Of a stretch of 64,000 nt of DNA, positions 48,051-58,139 are shown one piece after another. A program made the position numbers and the translations under genes. This DNA is from Promethearchaeota archaeon. Lineage in GTDB: Archaea > Asgardarchaeota > Thorarchaeia > Thorarchaeales > Thorarchaeaceae. Where the stretch lies: the NCBI GenBank assembly GCA_014728035.1, contig WJMJ01000059.1, forward strand, positions 64,001 to 128,000. The letters run 5' to 3'. The notes beneath the pieces were generated by a model. It searched no databases, was not told the origin of the DNA, and saw only the letters and a program-made list of their open reading frames with translations. Position 1 is the stretch's first letter, and the number at the start of each line of letters is the position of its first letter.

Positions 48051-48419
48051 ATGGTAGTTAGCAAAACGAAAATAGAAGAAATTGTTGCTGAAACTATGGC
48101 CAATAATCCAGAAATTGAAGGTATGATTGTTTGTAATGCAGAAGGAGAAGTCCTTTTTGGCCATACTCTAAGTGCAACTATTATGCATAAAGAGGTAGCA
48201 GAATTTGTTGTGAAGATTTCAACTAACTCATCCCAGCTTGTTAACGGACTGGACCAAGGAGGTCTCAAGGAGATTGACATCTCGGCCGAAACTGGTTTTG
48301 TGATGATATTTGGAGATGTTAAACTAATATTGGCAGCTTTTGCAGGTGAAACCGCTCGGGAATCTTTGGGTTTGGTTCGAATGACATTGCGGCGTGCGTT
48401 GATGAGTATGATAGGCTAA
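48051..48419 (+). CDS. Roadblock/LC7-like protein, divergent
   Basis: IEGMIVCNAEG, SLGLVRMTL. Confidence 0.7.
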   Translation: MVVSKTKIEEIVAETMANNPEIEGMIVCNAEGEVLFGHTLSATIMHKEVAEFVVKISTNSSQLVNGLDQGGLKEIDISAETGFVMIFGDVKLILAAFAGETARESLGLVRMTLRRALMSMIG

Positions 48420-48613
48420 TATGGCAAGCAGAGTTAGCTTTTTTAGCTATATTATAATATCCTCGTAATACCAATATACATATCCGTGGATAATGCGGGT
48501 ATTACTTGGGTATTACCAAGTATAATAGATAGAATCTTGTATCATTCCCCTGATACACGAGAGGAGACACGCCAAATTTAGTCTAATAGAGATTAACGGG
48601 AAGGGAATATGTC

Positions 48614-51600
48614 TTGGTCCATATTGAAAAAATAGTTGTTAAAGGATTCAAATCATTTGGCCGAGACTCCGTTACCATCAAAATAAATCCCGGATTCACT
48701 TGTGTAGTAGGTCCAAATGGCTCAGGAAAGTCTAATGTGATTGACGCTATCCTTTTTGTGCTTGGTCAACTAAGTGCAAAAACACTTCGTGCTAATGTTT
48801 TTTCAGATCTATTATATTCCCCGCCAAAAGCAGGGATGCCACCTAAAGCTAAATCCGCTTCGGTATCTATTCATTTCAATAATAAAGACAGAAAACTACA
48901 AGTCGATGCAGACAAGGTTGTTGTAGAACGCGAGCTAGATGAAACCGGAAAATCAACATGCAGAGTAAATGGGAAAGTCGTAACACGTTCAGCTGTATTA
49001 GATTTACTTGGTAGTATTGGTGTGGATCCTAACGGATACAATCTTGTTTTACAAGGCGAAATAGCTCAGATGGTCAAAGTTAGTCCGAACGATCGTAGAA
49101 AACTAATCGAAGAGATTGCGGGAATATCCGCTTATGATGAACAGAAGAACAAGGCACTAAAAAAACTGGCTGAAAGTGAACAAAATCTTGGTAAGGTTGA
49201 AACACAGCTCCAAGAAAGACGTAGGCAGCTTGAAAGACTGGAAGAAGAAAGGTCTGATGCTCTTCGATACACCGAATTGAAAGAAAAAATTCGGGACGTT
49301 CGAGTGAATAGATTAGCTTGGACTATACTAAAATCAGATATTCGTATAGACACTATCAAGGAAACCCTCACTGAACGTGCAGCAGATGCTGAAAAACTCG
49401 AAAGAGAGTTTCATGAAACCGAAGAAAAAATCGCTGAAACCGAAGTAAAAATTGAAGAAATAGACTCGCTGATTGACCAAATCACTGGTGGGGACTCGGC
49501 AAGAATCTCAGAGCGATTTGGGGTGGTTTCAGCAGCTGTTAACCATGTTAAAAGTGACCTTTCAAGAGCAGAAAACGAACTTGATAAATCTAAACGTGAA
49601 CAGGATGATATTAAGGCAAGATTAGATTCAATTCAAGATCAAATAGAATACTCGGAAGGTAAGGTTAAGGAAAAAGATAGAGTTCTTGCTGCTTTGGATG
49701 AAGAGATTGCAAAATGTAAGAACGATATTGCAGCTATGGAAGAAACCTTAGCTAGAGAGCAGTCTGACTATTATGAAACACAACAACGACTCCAAGACCT
49801 CAACAACCAGATGATTGCACTCGATGAGGGCGTTTCAGAAATACGTTCAGCCATCAAATCTGACAATCGTGAACTTGGGTTAGCCTATGAAGAGCTTACT
49901 GACAGCCAAGAAAGTCTCCGACGGACTGAGGAAGAGCTGACCCAGTTACATACCACATTCCCCTCAAGAAAGTCTGCTTATGAAAAAATGCTTGAAGAAG
50001 AAAAAAGACTACAAACAGAACTAAACGAAGTCATAGAGCGAGAGAAGACAACGGATTCAGAAGTAGCAGAGTCTGCAAGATTAGTCAATTCTACCCGTGA
50101 AGAACTAATACGTCTTCAAGCTCGACAGGATGCACTCAAAGAAGCGGAAGATGCATTTCTAAAGAAACAAAGAGCTCTTGCAAGAGTATTAGAAATGCGG
50201 GACACAGGAGAGATTGAAGGCATATACGGGACAATAGCTGAGTTAGGAACCATTGACCCTGATTATAGCACAGCTCTAGAAGTTGCAGGAGGCGGAAGAC
50301 TCACACATATTGTGGTGGAAGATGACTTCGTAGCATCTGAATGCGTACGGGCACTAAAAAGAGAACGTATAGGTAGAGCATCGTTTATCCCACTTAACAA
50401 AATCAGAAGTAGACCCCCTGGAGAACTTCCAGATAAAGAGGGAGTAATTGGATTCGCTTTAGATTTGGTAGATTTCGACCCAAAATTGCAACCAGCGTTT
50501 GAATATGCATTCACAGATACTGTTGTGACAGAAGATTTCGAAACCGCCAAAATCCTCGGTTTTAGTAGATGGCGAGCAGTTTCATTGGAGGGCGATCTTG
50601 TAGAGAAATCTGGTCTCATCACTGGTGGACACTATCAAAAGAGAGGCGCAGGAATCTCATTTCAAGTAGAAGATAGAAGCTACGAAATAGAAGAAAAACT
50701 TAGAGGTCTCGAGAAGATTCTATCGGAAATTCGTGATAAACAAGAGAGCTTACATCAGAAAAGAAGGATATTGCAAAAGGAGATTGAAACGATATCAAAG
50801 AAAAGTTATCGTGAAGGTGTAGAAATAGAACGTCTACAACAATCAATTGATGAAAAAGAAGCAAAGCAAGCAAACCTTCGTGAGAAAATCTCTATTCTAG
50901 AACTCAGGATTAAGGAGCTTGAAAACCAAATTAATGAGCTTTCTATAAGAGATAAAGAGCTATCCGAGCAGAGGGAGCGAGTTCGTGAACGTCGGGACCA
51001 ATGCAATGAGCTGCTTGCGAAATCTGATGCGGCAAAGATAAATCAAGATATTAAAGATTTGAAAGAAATCCTTGAACATCACCGAAGACAACGAGAAGAT
51101 CTCCAAAGTGATATAACCTCTTTGAGAGTGAGTCTTGAAGAAAGATTAGGGCCAAAATCTGTTGAATTGGAGCATCGCATACAATCGCTTAACGCAGTAA
51201 TTCCCAACCTAGAAGAAGAGGTCCGTGTGCTAGCAGAGAGTCTTGAGGATAAAGAAAAAGAACTTGAGGAACTGAAGACAGAGAGAGCAAAGATTGATGA
51301 CGCTGTTAAAGATAAGCGTGTTGATCAGATTCGAATGAAAGAAGACCTTCGCAATCTCAGGTTTAGACTGGAGGAGATTCGTGATGAGATGACTTCAAAC
51401 GAAAAGGCGGTTTACAGACTTCAAACTGAGCAATCTCGGTTGGAGTCAGATATTGTTGCGCTGCATGCAGAATTAAAATTGATAGCTGATATCGATCACG
51501 AGATAGCAATAAGAAAAGACCTTCCAGAACTTACCTATAGAGAAATTGAGGAACTTGAGGAGAAAATTAGAGAATTAGAGAGAGAGCTTGATGAGATGGG

Positions 51601-52204
51601 CCCCGTAAATCTCAAATCTCTTACAGATTACGATATAGAACGTCAGAAATATGATGAAATAGTCGAGAAAAAGGTCCAGCTTGAAGAAGAACATAAAGAA
51701 ATCATTGCGTTCATGGAAGAGTTAGAACGGGAAAAAACCCAGAAGTTCTTACATGTTTATAATGAGATAGCTGACAATTTCTCAAAGGTGTTTGCAAAAC
51801 TTTCTCCGGGTGGAGAAGCTAACCTGATGCTTGAGAATCCTGAACATCCGCTCATGGGTGGGATTACAGTACGTTCCAAACCTCGCGGGAAGGATGTTGT
51901 GACATTGGATGCAATGAGTGGCGGTGAAAAGACTATCACTGGACTGGCATTAATATTTGCAATCCAGATGTTCAGCCCAGCTTCATTCTATGTGTTTGAT
52001 GAGATAGATGCAGCTCTGGATAGTGTTAACGCACACAATGTAGCTCTACTAATCTCGGAGATGTCAAAATCATCACAATTCATTGTCGTGTCGTTGCGTG
52101 AACCAACTGTTCGTAAAGCAGATCTTTTGATTGGTGTTTCAAATCAAGATGGTATCTCACGTATTGTTTCAGTTGATTTAGAGGAGGTTGCATCCACAGC
52201 ATGA
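48614..52204 (+). CDS. smc: Chromosome segregation protein SMC
   Basis: GFKSF, GPNGSGKSN, long coiled coils, hinge G.YG.I.ELG, MSGGEK, FDEIDAALD. Confidence 0.98.
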   Translation: MVHIEKIVVKGFKSFGRDSVTIKINPGFTCVVGPNGSGKSNVIDAILFVLGQLSAKTLRANVFSDLLYSPPKAGMPPKAKSASVSIHFNNKDRKLQVDADKVVVERELDETGKSTCRVNGKVVTRSAVLDLLGSIGVDPNGYNLVLQGEIAQMVKVSPNDRRKLIEEIAGISAYDEQKNKALKKLAESEQNLGKVETQLQERRRQLERLEEERSDALRYTELKEKIRDVRVNRLAWTILKSDIRIDTIKETLTERAADAEKLEREFHETEEKIAETEVKIEEIDSLIDQITGGDSARISERFGVVSAAVNHVKSDLSRAENELDKSKREQDDIKARLDSIQDQIEYSEGKVKEKDRVLAALDEEIAKCKNDIAAMEETLAREQSDYYETQQRLQDLNNQMIALDEGVSEIRSAIKSDNRELGLAYEELTDSQESLRRTEEELTQLHTTFPSRKSAYEKMLEEEKRLQTELNEVIEREKTTDSEVAESARLVNSTREELIRLQARQDALKEAEDAFLKKQRALARVLEMRDTGEIEGIYGTIAELGTIDPDYSTALEVAGGGRLTHIVVEDDFVASECVRALKRERIGRASFIPLNKIRSRPPGELPDKEGVIGFALDLVDFDPKLQPAFEYAFTDTVVTEDFETAKILGFSRWRAVSLEGDLVEKSGLITGGHYQKRGAGISFQVEDRSYEIEEKLRGLEKILSEIRDKQESLHQKRRILQKEIETISKKSYREGVEIERLQQSIDEKEAKQANLREKISILELRIKELENQINELSIRDKELSEQRERVRERRDQCNELLAKSDAAKINQDIKDLKEILEHHRRQREDLQSDITSLRVSLEERLGPKSVELEHRIQSLNAVIPNLEEEVRVLAESLEDKEKELEELKTERAKIDDAVKDKRVDQIRMKEDLRNLRFRLEEIRDEMTSNEKAVYRLQTEQSRLESDIVALHAELKLIADIDHEIAIRKDLPELTYREIEELEEKIRELERELDEMGPVNLKSLTDYDIERQKYDEIVEKKVQLEEEHKEIIAFMEELEREKTQKFLHVYNEIADNFSKVFAKLSPGGEANLMLENPEHPLMGGITVRSKPRGKDVVTLDAMSGGEKTITGLALIFAIQMFSPASFYVFDEIDAALDSVNAHNVALLISEMSKSSQFIVVSLREPTVRKADLLIGVSNQDGISRIVSVDLEEVASTA

Positions 52205-52932
52205 CTCCTGATCCAGACCTTCCATTCTGGGCTACTCCTCCATATATTCTTCTTACAGACATCCTGCAGCTTGATAAAGTTGAACCATGGAATGTAGATG
52301 TTGGAAAATTGGTTGCCAGCTTCCTTCTTGAAATGAAACGAATGGGTGATATTGATTTCAGAGTTTCAGGTAATGCTCTATATTCAGCTTCAGTAATCTT
52401 CATGAAGAAGACAAGAGAACTTGTTGAGCTAGGGTTACTTCCTCCCGAGGAATCTGAGGATGATGACGAAGAGATAGAAATTCCACTAATCCGTCCACCA
52501 TTTAGACTCACAAATAGACGTGTAACTCTACAAGAACTGCTTGTTGCTATGGATAAGGTATTATCAAAGGGCGTTAGAAGAAGGTCAATTCCTTCACGAA
52601 GTCGAAGCCATAAATCAAAGATAGATCCGGTTAGTTTCACAATGGAAGTGAACAAATCCGATGTTGAAGAAACAATTTCTGAGATTTATGAAGATGTAAC
52701 TCGAATCGTGCAAGAGGGTGAAACTCTAAAATTTACAGACATTCTAATGAATTATACACGAAAAGAGGTAGTCCGGGCGTTCATTGCAATTCTTCATCTT
52801 TTTGCGAGAGCGTTTGTTGACATCTGGATGGATGAAGATGGAATAATCTGGATAAAGATGCTCCCACCACCTGCGGACGACCCAAGACTTACAGAGGAAG
52901 ATATCCAAGCTGAACTCGTAGTCAGTAGGTGA
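52201..52932 (+). CDS. scpA: Segregation/condensation protein A (kleisin)
   Basis: PWNVDV, SGNAL.SA, F.AILHL; overlaps the smc stop. Confidence 0.9.
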   Translation: MTPDPDLPFWATPPYILLTDILQLDKVEPWNVDVGKLVASFLLEMKRMGDIDFRVSGNALYSASVIFMKKTRELVELGLLPPEESEDDDEEIEIPLIRPPFRLTNRRVTLQELLVAMDKVLSKGVRRRSIPSRSRSHKSKIDPVSFTMEVNKSDVEETISEIYEDVTRIVQEGETLKFTDILMNYTRKEVVRAFIAILHLFARAFVDIWMDEDGIIWIKMLPPPADDPRLTEEDIQAELVVSR

Positions 52933-53492
52933 TACCACTGGTTGATGATAAAATTATTCTAGAAGCAGCGTTATATGTTGCTGGACGTCCACTAACCCTA
53001 GAAGAATTATCCGAAATTATCGGAAAAGCACAATCCACCACACAAAAGCTGCTTGAAGATTTGATTTTTTCATATCATAAGAAAGAAGGTGCATTAGAAG
53101 TTATTGCATTGCCACGAGACCGGTACGTAATGCAACTAAAACCTGAACTAACTCCATCTGTAGGAAGACTCATACCTGGTGGACTTCTTTCATTTTCCAC
53201 CCTTCAGACTCTGGTATTCATTGCACTTAAACAGCCCTTGCTACAGTCCGATCTTGTTAACTTCAGAGGAACTCATGTGTATGAGCACGTAAAGGAACTG
53301 GAAGATAAGAAATTCATCGATGCAGCTCCAGAAGGACGATCAAAACTGCTCAAAACTACCCCCTTGTTTGCAGATTATTTTGGCCTTGATCACGACCCTG
53401 TAAGACTCAAGGCACAACTAAAACACAAGATGAAGAAAATTCTTGAAGAGCAGAAGAGAGCTGAGGAAGAACAAGCTTCTGCCTTTGATTAA
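52929..53492 (+). CDS. scpB: Segregation/condensation protein B
   Basis: LEAALY, TL..IA.KQP, TT..FADYFGL. Confidence 0.93.
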   Translation: MIPLVDDKIILEAALYVAGRPLTLEELSEIIGKAQSTTQKLLEDLIFSYHKKEGALEVIALPRDRYVMQLKPELTPSVGRLIPGGLLSFSTLQTLVFIALKQPLLQSDLVNFRGTHVYEHVKELEDKKFIDAAPEGRSKLLKTTPLFADYFGLDHDPVRLKAQLKHKMKKILEEQKRAEEEQASAFD

Positions 53493-54502
53493 CATACTCT
53501 CGGAACTGGTTCGCCATAAGGAACCTGGATGATTTTTCTTCCTCCAATGGATGTTCTCATAATTACTCTTGGCGTATCTTTCTTGGCGATACCGATCACG
53601 CATGCATCTCTTGTCGAATTATGTTTCCGAAGTGTTGCAAGAATCGCATCGGTCTTGGTAGGATCTACTGCCATTACGACTGTTCCTTCACAACTCATGT
53701 GAAGTGGATTGAGACCAAGAACTTCACAAAGTGATTTCACGGCAGGACGTATGGGAATCTGCTTTTCTAGTAATTCTAGCTCCACTTTTGATTTTGATGC
53801 AATTTCATTAAGAGCAACTGCTGCACCACCTCGTGTAGGGTCTTTCATTGCATGAACACCACCAATATCAAGACAATCACGAATGGGTAGCCAAAGAGGA
53901 GCGACATCACTTTTCAAATCGGTTTCGAACTCAAGACCCTCTCGATGAGCTAGTAAGGTCGTACCATGATCACCAATTGGGCCAGTCACCACTATATCAT
54001 CGCCAACTTTTGCTCCTGCATCGGTAACTGGTTTATCTCCATAAACAGTTCCAATTCCTGTTGTTGACATTACAAGTTTATCAAGAGTTCCATGGGGCAT
54101 CACTTTCGTGTCCCCTGCAATCATTGCCACATCTAATGGCTCGATGATGCTGTCGATATATCTCAATAGCTCACCTAGGGTTTCAATCTCAAAGCCCTCC
54201 TCAACTATGACAGTATTAGTCATAGCTATTGGACGAGCACCCATTACTGCCACATCATTAATCGTTCCACATGCTGTAAGCGTACCTATATTTCCACCAG
54301 GGAAGAATAATGGTTGGACTGTATGTGCGTCTGTACAGACGATTAGATCAGTTCTATCTACATTAAGTGTGGCACCATCATCCATCTCATCTAGTCCTAG
54401 CTCACCAATTTTTCTCCGTTTGAAAGATGGAATAATAACATCTTCGAGAAGACGTTGCATGATTTTGCCGCCAGCCCCATGAGCAGTTTCAATTTTTGTC
54501 AA
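53489..54502 (-). CDS. hypE: Hydrogenase maturation protein HypE
   Basis: HGAGG, PLFFPGG, GDTKV, KDPTRGG, C-terminal PRVC. Confidence 0.96.
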   Translation of the reverse strand: MTKIETAHGAGGKIMQRLLEDVIIPSFKRRKIGELGLDEMDDGATLNVDRTDLIVCTDAHTVQPLFFPGGNIGTLTACGTINDVAVMGARPIAMTNTVIVEEGFEIETLGELLRYIDSIIEPLDVAMIAGDTKVMPHGTLDKLVMSTTGIGTVYGDKPVTDAGAKVGDDIVVTGPIGDHGTTLLAHREGLEFETDLKSDVAPLWLPIRDCLDIGGVHAMKDPTRGGAAVALNEIASKSKVELELLEKQIPIRPAVKSLCEVLGLNPLHMSCEGTVVMAVDPTKTDAILATLRKHNSTRDACVIGIAKKDTPRVIMRTSIGGRKIIQVPYGEPVPRVC

Positions 54503-54664
54503 TGCGGGGACCTCGATATCTTTTCAGACAGGTCTTCTATTTGAACACCTCTATGTGGACCTATAGTAATTGTCACTGAGTAAAGCTTTTTAACATCAAC
54601 AAAAGACTCTCGTCTTACCAGCTAATATTCATTAATAGTTGGAATAAAGAAAGAGGCATCCACT

Positions 54665-55027
54665 ATGGGTATTTGGCATAGACGCTCAGGCCGTACAAAG
54701 ACAGGCGCTCGAATTAAGAAGTTTCGAAGTAAAAGAAAATATGAACTTGGCAGAACGGCCACCGAAACTCAAATGGGCGAAACACATCGTATCGATATGG
54801 ATGATAAGCAACCACTCCTCAAGGCCAAATTTGTCAATGTCTATGACCCCAAGAAGAATGAGACCTATCGCGTAGAGATCAAAGATGTTGAGAAAAATCC
54901 TGCTAATATGGACTATCAACGCAGGAAAGTCATTACACGCGGTACTATCATAAAAACCGAAAAGGGGAAGGCACGTGTAACCTCTCGCCCAGGTCAAACT
55001 GGCATTATGAATGCAGTCTTAATTTAG
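54665..55027 (+). CDS. rps8e: 30S ribosomal protein S8e
   Basis: KRKYELGR, NPAN, ITRG.II, VTSRPGQ.G. Confidence 0.96.
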   Translation: MGIWHRRSGRTKTGARIKKFRSKRKYELGRTATETQMGETHRIDMDDKQPLLKAKFVNVYDPKKNETYRVEIKDVEKNPANMDYQRRKVITRGTIIKTEKGKARVTSRPGQTGIMNAVLI

Positions 55028-55163
55028 AGCACAACTATCATTATCTCTCTAACATTCATATCCAATACTGTCTTTCATAAAACAATAGTATAGGATATAT
55101 CAAAAACAGACAACTAAATTGATTATTCCACTAGTATAGTCTTCTGTATTACTCAATATAAAC

Positions 55164-55345
55164 ATGTCAAGAAAAGGGTGTTTCATTACTCTTTCTTGAA
55201 GGAAATTGGGCATTTTATTGATAATTATTGACTCCTACTTTTCATCGGATTTTGCTAATTTGTGCAAGCACTAGTATTCAGTTGACAAATTATAGGAGAA
55301 CGACAAATGAATCCAATGACTCCCCCACCAGATGGCCCTTGGTAA
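55164..55345 (+). pseudogene. Possible decayed small membrane protein gene
   Basis: Reads MSRKGCFITLS*RKLGILLIII / LLLFIGFC*FVQALVFS*QIIGERQMNPMTPPPDGPW with in-frame stops and one frameshift. Confidence 0.3.
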
Positions 55346-55363
55346 AATACCTGCAAACATTTC

Positions 55364-55395
55364 AAAGTAGATATTTGTTTTCAGATATCTACTTT
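55364..55395. terminator. Long AT-rich hairpin
   Basis: AAAGTAGATATTTG-TTTT-CAGATATCTACTTT, 40 bp beyond the POP stop. Confidence 0.5.
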
Positions 55396-55435
55396 CTTAT
55401 TTTATTCTGAAGCCAATTTATCAGGGACATTCTAC

Positions 55436-57520
55436 TTAATCAGTAGGGGAATAATTTGCATTTCTACCCGAATTTGCCAGATGGAATTTTAGCTCTAATG
55501 ACCAATAATCAATCCAACCTAAAATTGGCATCCCTCCTTCGTGACCAGATTCCTTTTGAATCCATAACAAATGAGGATTATGCAGATCTGGGCTGAGATT
55601 CTGAAGTTTTGCAGTCATCTTCATTGCATGCATGTGATCGACACGTGTATCGTTTTCAGCAAGGTATAGCAATGTGGATGGATAATTTCGTTTGTGAAGA
55701 TTATGATATGGGCTATATTCTATCAACCATTTGAAATCATCTCCATTTTTTGGGTTACCATATTCAGGATACCAATATTCGGATAATGGTTGAATCACAA
55801 AGCGAACCATATCTGTAAGAGGTGATCCAGCAAATACCGAAGAAAAAAGATTTGGTTTCTGTGTCATTGCAGAAAGAACAATCAGACCTCCATTACTGCT
55901 CCCTCTTATTCCCACTTTATTGCTGAAAGCAATGCGTTCTTTAATAAACCATGATGACGCACTAATCAAATCACTAATAGTATTTAGTTTCTTTTCTTTT
56001 ATTCCATTGAAGTGCCAATCGTGTCCGAATTCTCCACCTCCTCTTACATTCACAACAACATAAATTCCATCAAGTTCATTCCAGACAACATGTAATGGAG
56101 AGTATGTGGGAGTTAATGACTCCCCAAAACCTCCATAGCAATAAAGAAGAACGGGATGTGCTTTTTCTAAGTCTAGATTTCTTCTATGTAAAACAAACAT
56201 AGGAATTTTTGTTCCATCATGGGAATCAATCCAGATTTGTCTAACTTGAAACTTTTTAGACTGGAGTGATAACGTCGGTGACCAAAAAAGCGAAACTCCG
56301 CTACACGGATGATAGAAGTAGTGTTCCATAGGATAATGAAATGAGTTCTTGACAAAAGTTGCGAAATCAATTCCGTTATATGATGATAATGACGAAATCT
56401 TCAATATTTCATCGGTTCCAAGTATTGATGATACGATTTCCGACTCCAAATCAAAGTTATACAATACTGATTTCGCATCGACAGACTCGATAAATAAGAG
56501 ATGATTATCTAAAGGAGCAATATCCTCAATGGTATTATTGCGTTCGGAAATGATTATTTTGTGCTTTATAAATTGAATATCTTTACATGATGATAAATCA
56601 AAAAGTAATACTTCACCTTTTGGTGCTTTTTTTTGAGATAATATGTATAATAGGTTATTCCGATAACACGCAATAATTTTTGGAGATTCTTCTAAGAGTG
56701 AAACCAATAACGGTTGTGCTGAATCGCGATGGCTCAGAGATAATAGCATACAATCAGATGATGTTGCTCTTGTTCGTGTAAATATCAAATATTGGCTATT
56801 GAAAATCCCAATCAATGTAATCATTTCAAGAGGTCGTTTATTTGGTGAAAATATACAGGAGTCTTCAGCACTGGAATATAGCTCATGATAGAAGATACTT
56901 CCACTCTGAATATCATCATCTACTTTTTGAAATGCATTGAATGTATAGTAAAAGCCGCGTGAATTATCAAGCCAAATTATAGATGGCATAACATGTCGGA
57001 TGAATTCATCCGATAGGAACTTTTTAGTAGAAACATCAATTATCCTTAGTTCAATTTTATCAGTTCCACCTTTGGAAAATCCGCATACCACGAAACAGCC
57101 ATCGGGAGATGGAAAATAGCAATTTATTTTTGTTGTGCCACTGGAATCAATATCTATGGGATTAACTAGTTCAATTCGGCACCCGTCTACATTATCTTGA
57201 TAATACAATCTCATCTGAGGGTCATGCTGTTCGCGATATAGATAGAAAAATCGAAAGCCATCTGCCAGCTCTCTTACAATAGCAGATTTTGAAGACATTG
57301 AATCGAACAATGATATCTCCTTTAATCTCTCCCTAATCGGTTCCTGGTTTCCAAAGCTCTCAAAGATTTTCTTAGAGAGTTTCATCTGCTGTTCAATCCA
57401 GCTCTTGACTTCTGGATTATCTTTATCTTCTAGCCATCTATATGGGTCTCGAACTTCTACTCCGTGTATGGTTTCAACGATATCCTCCGTTCGAGTTTCT
57501 GGATACTCAATCCCTTCCAT
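55436..57520 (-). CDS. Prolyl oligopeptidase (S9A)
   Basis: DPYRWLE, YGGF, NVRGGGEFG, GSSNGG (Ser), NDTRV (Asp), SGH (His). Confidence 0.93.
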   Translation of the reverse strand: MEGIEYPETRTEDIVETIHGVEVRDPYRWLEDKDNPEVKSWIEQQMKLSKKIFESFGNQEPIRERLKEISLFDSMSSKSAIVRELADGFRFFYLYREQHDPQMRLYYQDNVDGCRIELVNPIDIDSSGTTKINCYFPSPDGCFVVCGFSKGGTDKIELRIIDVSTKKFLSDEFIRHVMPSIIWLDNSRGFYYTFNAFQKVDDDIQSGSIFYHELYSSAEDSCIFSPNKRPLEMITLIGIFNSQYLIFTRTRATSSDCMLLSLSHRDSAQPLLVSLLEESPKIIACYRNNLLYILSQKKAPKGEVLLFDLSSCKDIQFIKHKIIISERNNTIEDIAPLDNHLLFIESVDAKSVLYNFDLESEIVSSILGTDEILKISSLSSYNGIDFATFVKNSFHYPMEHYFYHPCSGVSLFWSPTLSLQSKKFQVRQIWIDSHDGTKIPMFVLHRRNLDLEKAHPVLLYCYGGFGESLTPTYSPLHVVWNELDGIYVVVNVRGGGEFGHDWHFNGIKEKKLNTISDLISASSWFIKERIAFSNKVGIRGSSNGGLIVLSAMTQKPNLFSSVFAGSPLTDMVRFVIQPLSEYWYPEYGNPKNGDDFKWLIEYSPYHNLHKRNYPSTLLYLAENDTRVDHMHAMKMTAKLQNLSPDLHNPHLLWIQKESGHEGGMPILGWIDYWSLELKFHLANSGRNANYSPTD

Positions 57521-57605
57521 TGTTGTAATCCTACCAACTCACGAATGGTATGATACATCTAACTAGTTTGCTTAAAAACAGTCCGAAGTTACTCATAGAT
57601 AGAAT

Positions 57606-57989
57606 CTATGTTTCGACCTCTGCTTCGATGTTGGTGATAACAAACTCCTTGCCTCCAGTAATCATTGTTGCACTACTCTTGCATTTTGGACATTTCATAG
57701 GTGCGAACATAGCAATCTGTTCTGGAATCTCGGGATCCGGTTCAACTTCCCCTTCATATCCACAATCTGTACACTCAAGACGTCCCTTCACTGGATTGAT
57801 ACGAAGTTCTGCCCCTTCGACGATAGTATTTTGACTTGCAATTTCGAAATTGAATGCTAGCTGCTCAGGAATAAGAAAAGTAAACTCGCCAAGGTCGATA
57901 TTGACAGCTGTGACTTTTGTTATATCATGTCCTTTGGCACCCTCGACTGCTGCTTCTACAATGGAACAGGCTGCTGAGAATTCGTGCAA
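57606..57989 (-). CDS. hypA: Hydrogenase nickel incorporation protein HypA
   Basis: MHE.S start, CTDC and CPKC, G.EF.I. Confidence 0.95.
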   Translation of the reverse strand: MHEFSAACSIVEAAVEGAKGHDITKVTAVNIDLGEFTFLIPEQLAFNFEIASQNTIVEGAELRINPVKGRLECTDCGYEGEVEPDPEIPEQIAMFAPMKCPKCKSSATMITGGKEFVITNIEAEVET

Positions 57990-58139
57990 ATCGATTCATC
58001 CTCACAGTTGAGGGTTAAATATTAAGTAAAGACATTTTGCTTGTTGGCATAATGGTTTAAGACAGATAGAGTAATTTGGTCTTGTGCAAATCTGTTTTAC
58101 AAGACCTCTCTATGTGTTACACAATTTGGAGGATTCAGA

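Noticed and set aside
48614-53492. SMC cluster as a Wadjet-type defence system
   Set aside because: Canonical smc-scpA-scpB with no JetD/Toprim nuclease gene.
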